DNA of 64,000 bases from Octopus sinensis (taxonomy: Eukaryota). The first letter of the stretch is position 1. Every line of letters begins with the position of its first letter. Location of the stretch: positions 45,818,001 to 45,882,000 of the forward strand of contig NC_043002.1 in NCBI RefSeq assembly GCF_006345805.1. The letters are read 5' to 3'. The notes under the pieces are model-generated. The model ran no database searches, was not told the DNA's origin, and worked only from the letters and a program-made list of their open reading frames with translations. The position numbers and the translations under genes were made by a program. Positions 62,660 to 64,000 of this stretch are shown here, piece after piece.

Positions 62660-63030
62660 TGCTTCATGCCCTTGCTTGATGGTGCTGGGATCATTTCAAG
62701 TCAATGGTCACAGAGACATCACCATGCAGAGAACCAACCAGGTCCACCAATGCTTTCCGTTATTGACAGTCCTGCGCCAGCCCCTCTGCATCTTCCAAGG
62801 TGACGTTGAGTCTCTGAAGATCTTCCTTAATCACATCCAGCAATTCAGTGTGGGGCCTGCCACAAGGCCTCTTCCAGCCCACAGTTGCAATGCTGAATGA
62901 GAGTAAAGCCCTGGCAGGCTGATCAGGAGGGAGACAAAAGATATGTACTCCCTATGCACCAACAGTATTGGTGGATGATAAAACACAGCCCATGCACTTT
63001 GTAAATTGATTAGTGATCAGATTGAGAGGA
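62660..63030 (-). pseudogene. Decayed RTE-type LINE 3' fragment
   Basis: The minus strand reads GWKRPCGRPH, the RTE C-terminal 'RPRGRP' motif. Confidence 0.55.
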
Positions 63031-64000
63031 CATTCATTTGAGAGAATTCTTTAACCTTGTTGAGGACATCACACCATCTTTAAAGCTGATGCTATGATAA
63101 CACATACCCAAGTACACTTTGCAAAACACTTGGTGAAGAGAAGAGTATCTGGTCAGAGAAACCAAGCAAAAGAGAAATGTATCAACAATGATGTTGATGG
63201 TGGTTCTAAAAACATTCTCAAATTTGGATAAATTTGTATTCTGAATGGCATGGCTGTGCTTCCAACCATGTGATTTCAGGTTCTGTCCCACTGCACAGTA
63301 CTTGGGCAAGTGTCTCCTACTATAACCCCCGGTTACCTAATAACTTGTGAGTGGATTTCATAGATGGAAACCGAAAAAAGCTTGGCATGTGTGTGTGCAT
63401 GCACCCTTGTCTTGGCATCACATGAGGGCTGTAAACAAATATCATATACATATATATATATATATATTATATATATATATATATATAAATATATATAAAT
63501 AAATATATATAAATATATATAAATATATATATAAATATAAATAAATATAAATAAATAAATAAATAAATAAATATAAATAAATAAATAACTAAATATATAT
63601 ATATATATATGGATAAAAGTTTACAAGAAACTACATACCTATCGCCATCATCATTTTGATGTTCATTTTTCAAGACTTTATTGAGACATACTTTCTATGG
63701 CCAGATGCTCTTCCTGTTGCTAACTCTTACCTTGTTCCAAGTAAGGTAACATTTCCCCATGGCCAAAGAGATTTTCACAGAGTATTGAAAATGGAAAACA
63801 TTCATTTACAAAACTCATGTGATATCAACAGAAGGAGACACACACATTCACAGACACACATGCACATACACACACATGCATGTGCATGCACACACACACA
63901 TACACACAATCAGGAGGACACAAAATCTTGTGTCATTTTATCATGATCTTACATAATCTTATGTTTTAATCGAAGATGGAGACGAATACTGATGTTCCAT

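Overview
This is AT-rich, repeat-dense eukaryotic DNA. The SINE and LINE repertoire strongly suggests an octopus (coleoid cephalopod) genome, which is an inference. The window holds the 5' part of a minus-strand WDR7 (Rabconnectin-3 beta / Rbcn-3B) gene: seven coding exons with canonical GT-AG boundaries between 55194 and 23819 splice into one open frame of 283 codons that resembles the WDR7 N-terminal WD40 region. The gene continues past position 1, and no 5' UTR exon or promoter could be identified. The introns contain a young 5'-truncated RTE-clade LINE with an intact reverse transcriptase (RT) and an embedded PHD finger, decayed Tigger/pogo and Tc1/mariner transposons, hAT, piggyBac and mariner MITEs, several SINE families and microsatellites. 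The most notable signals are (i) at least six unrelated short elements, mostly fold-backs, carrying Penelope-type minimal hammerhead-ribozyme-like motifs, including a non-canonical G3-C8 core variant and a family with stem-II covariation, (ii) frame-preserving candidate microexons in WDR7 introns 6 and 7, and (iii) the PHD-containing RTE. All homology statements come from remembered family motifs, not database searches.
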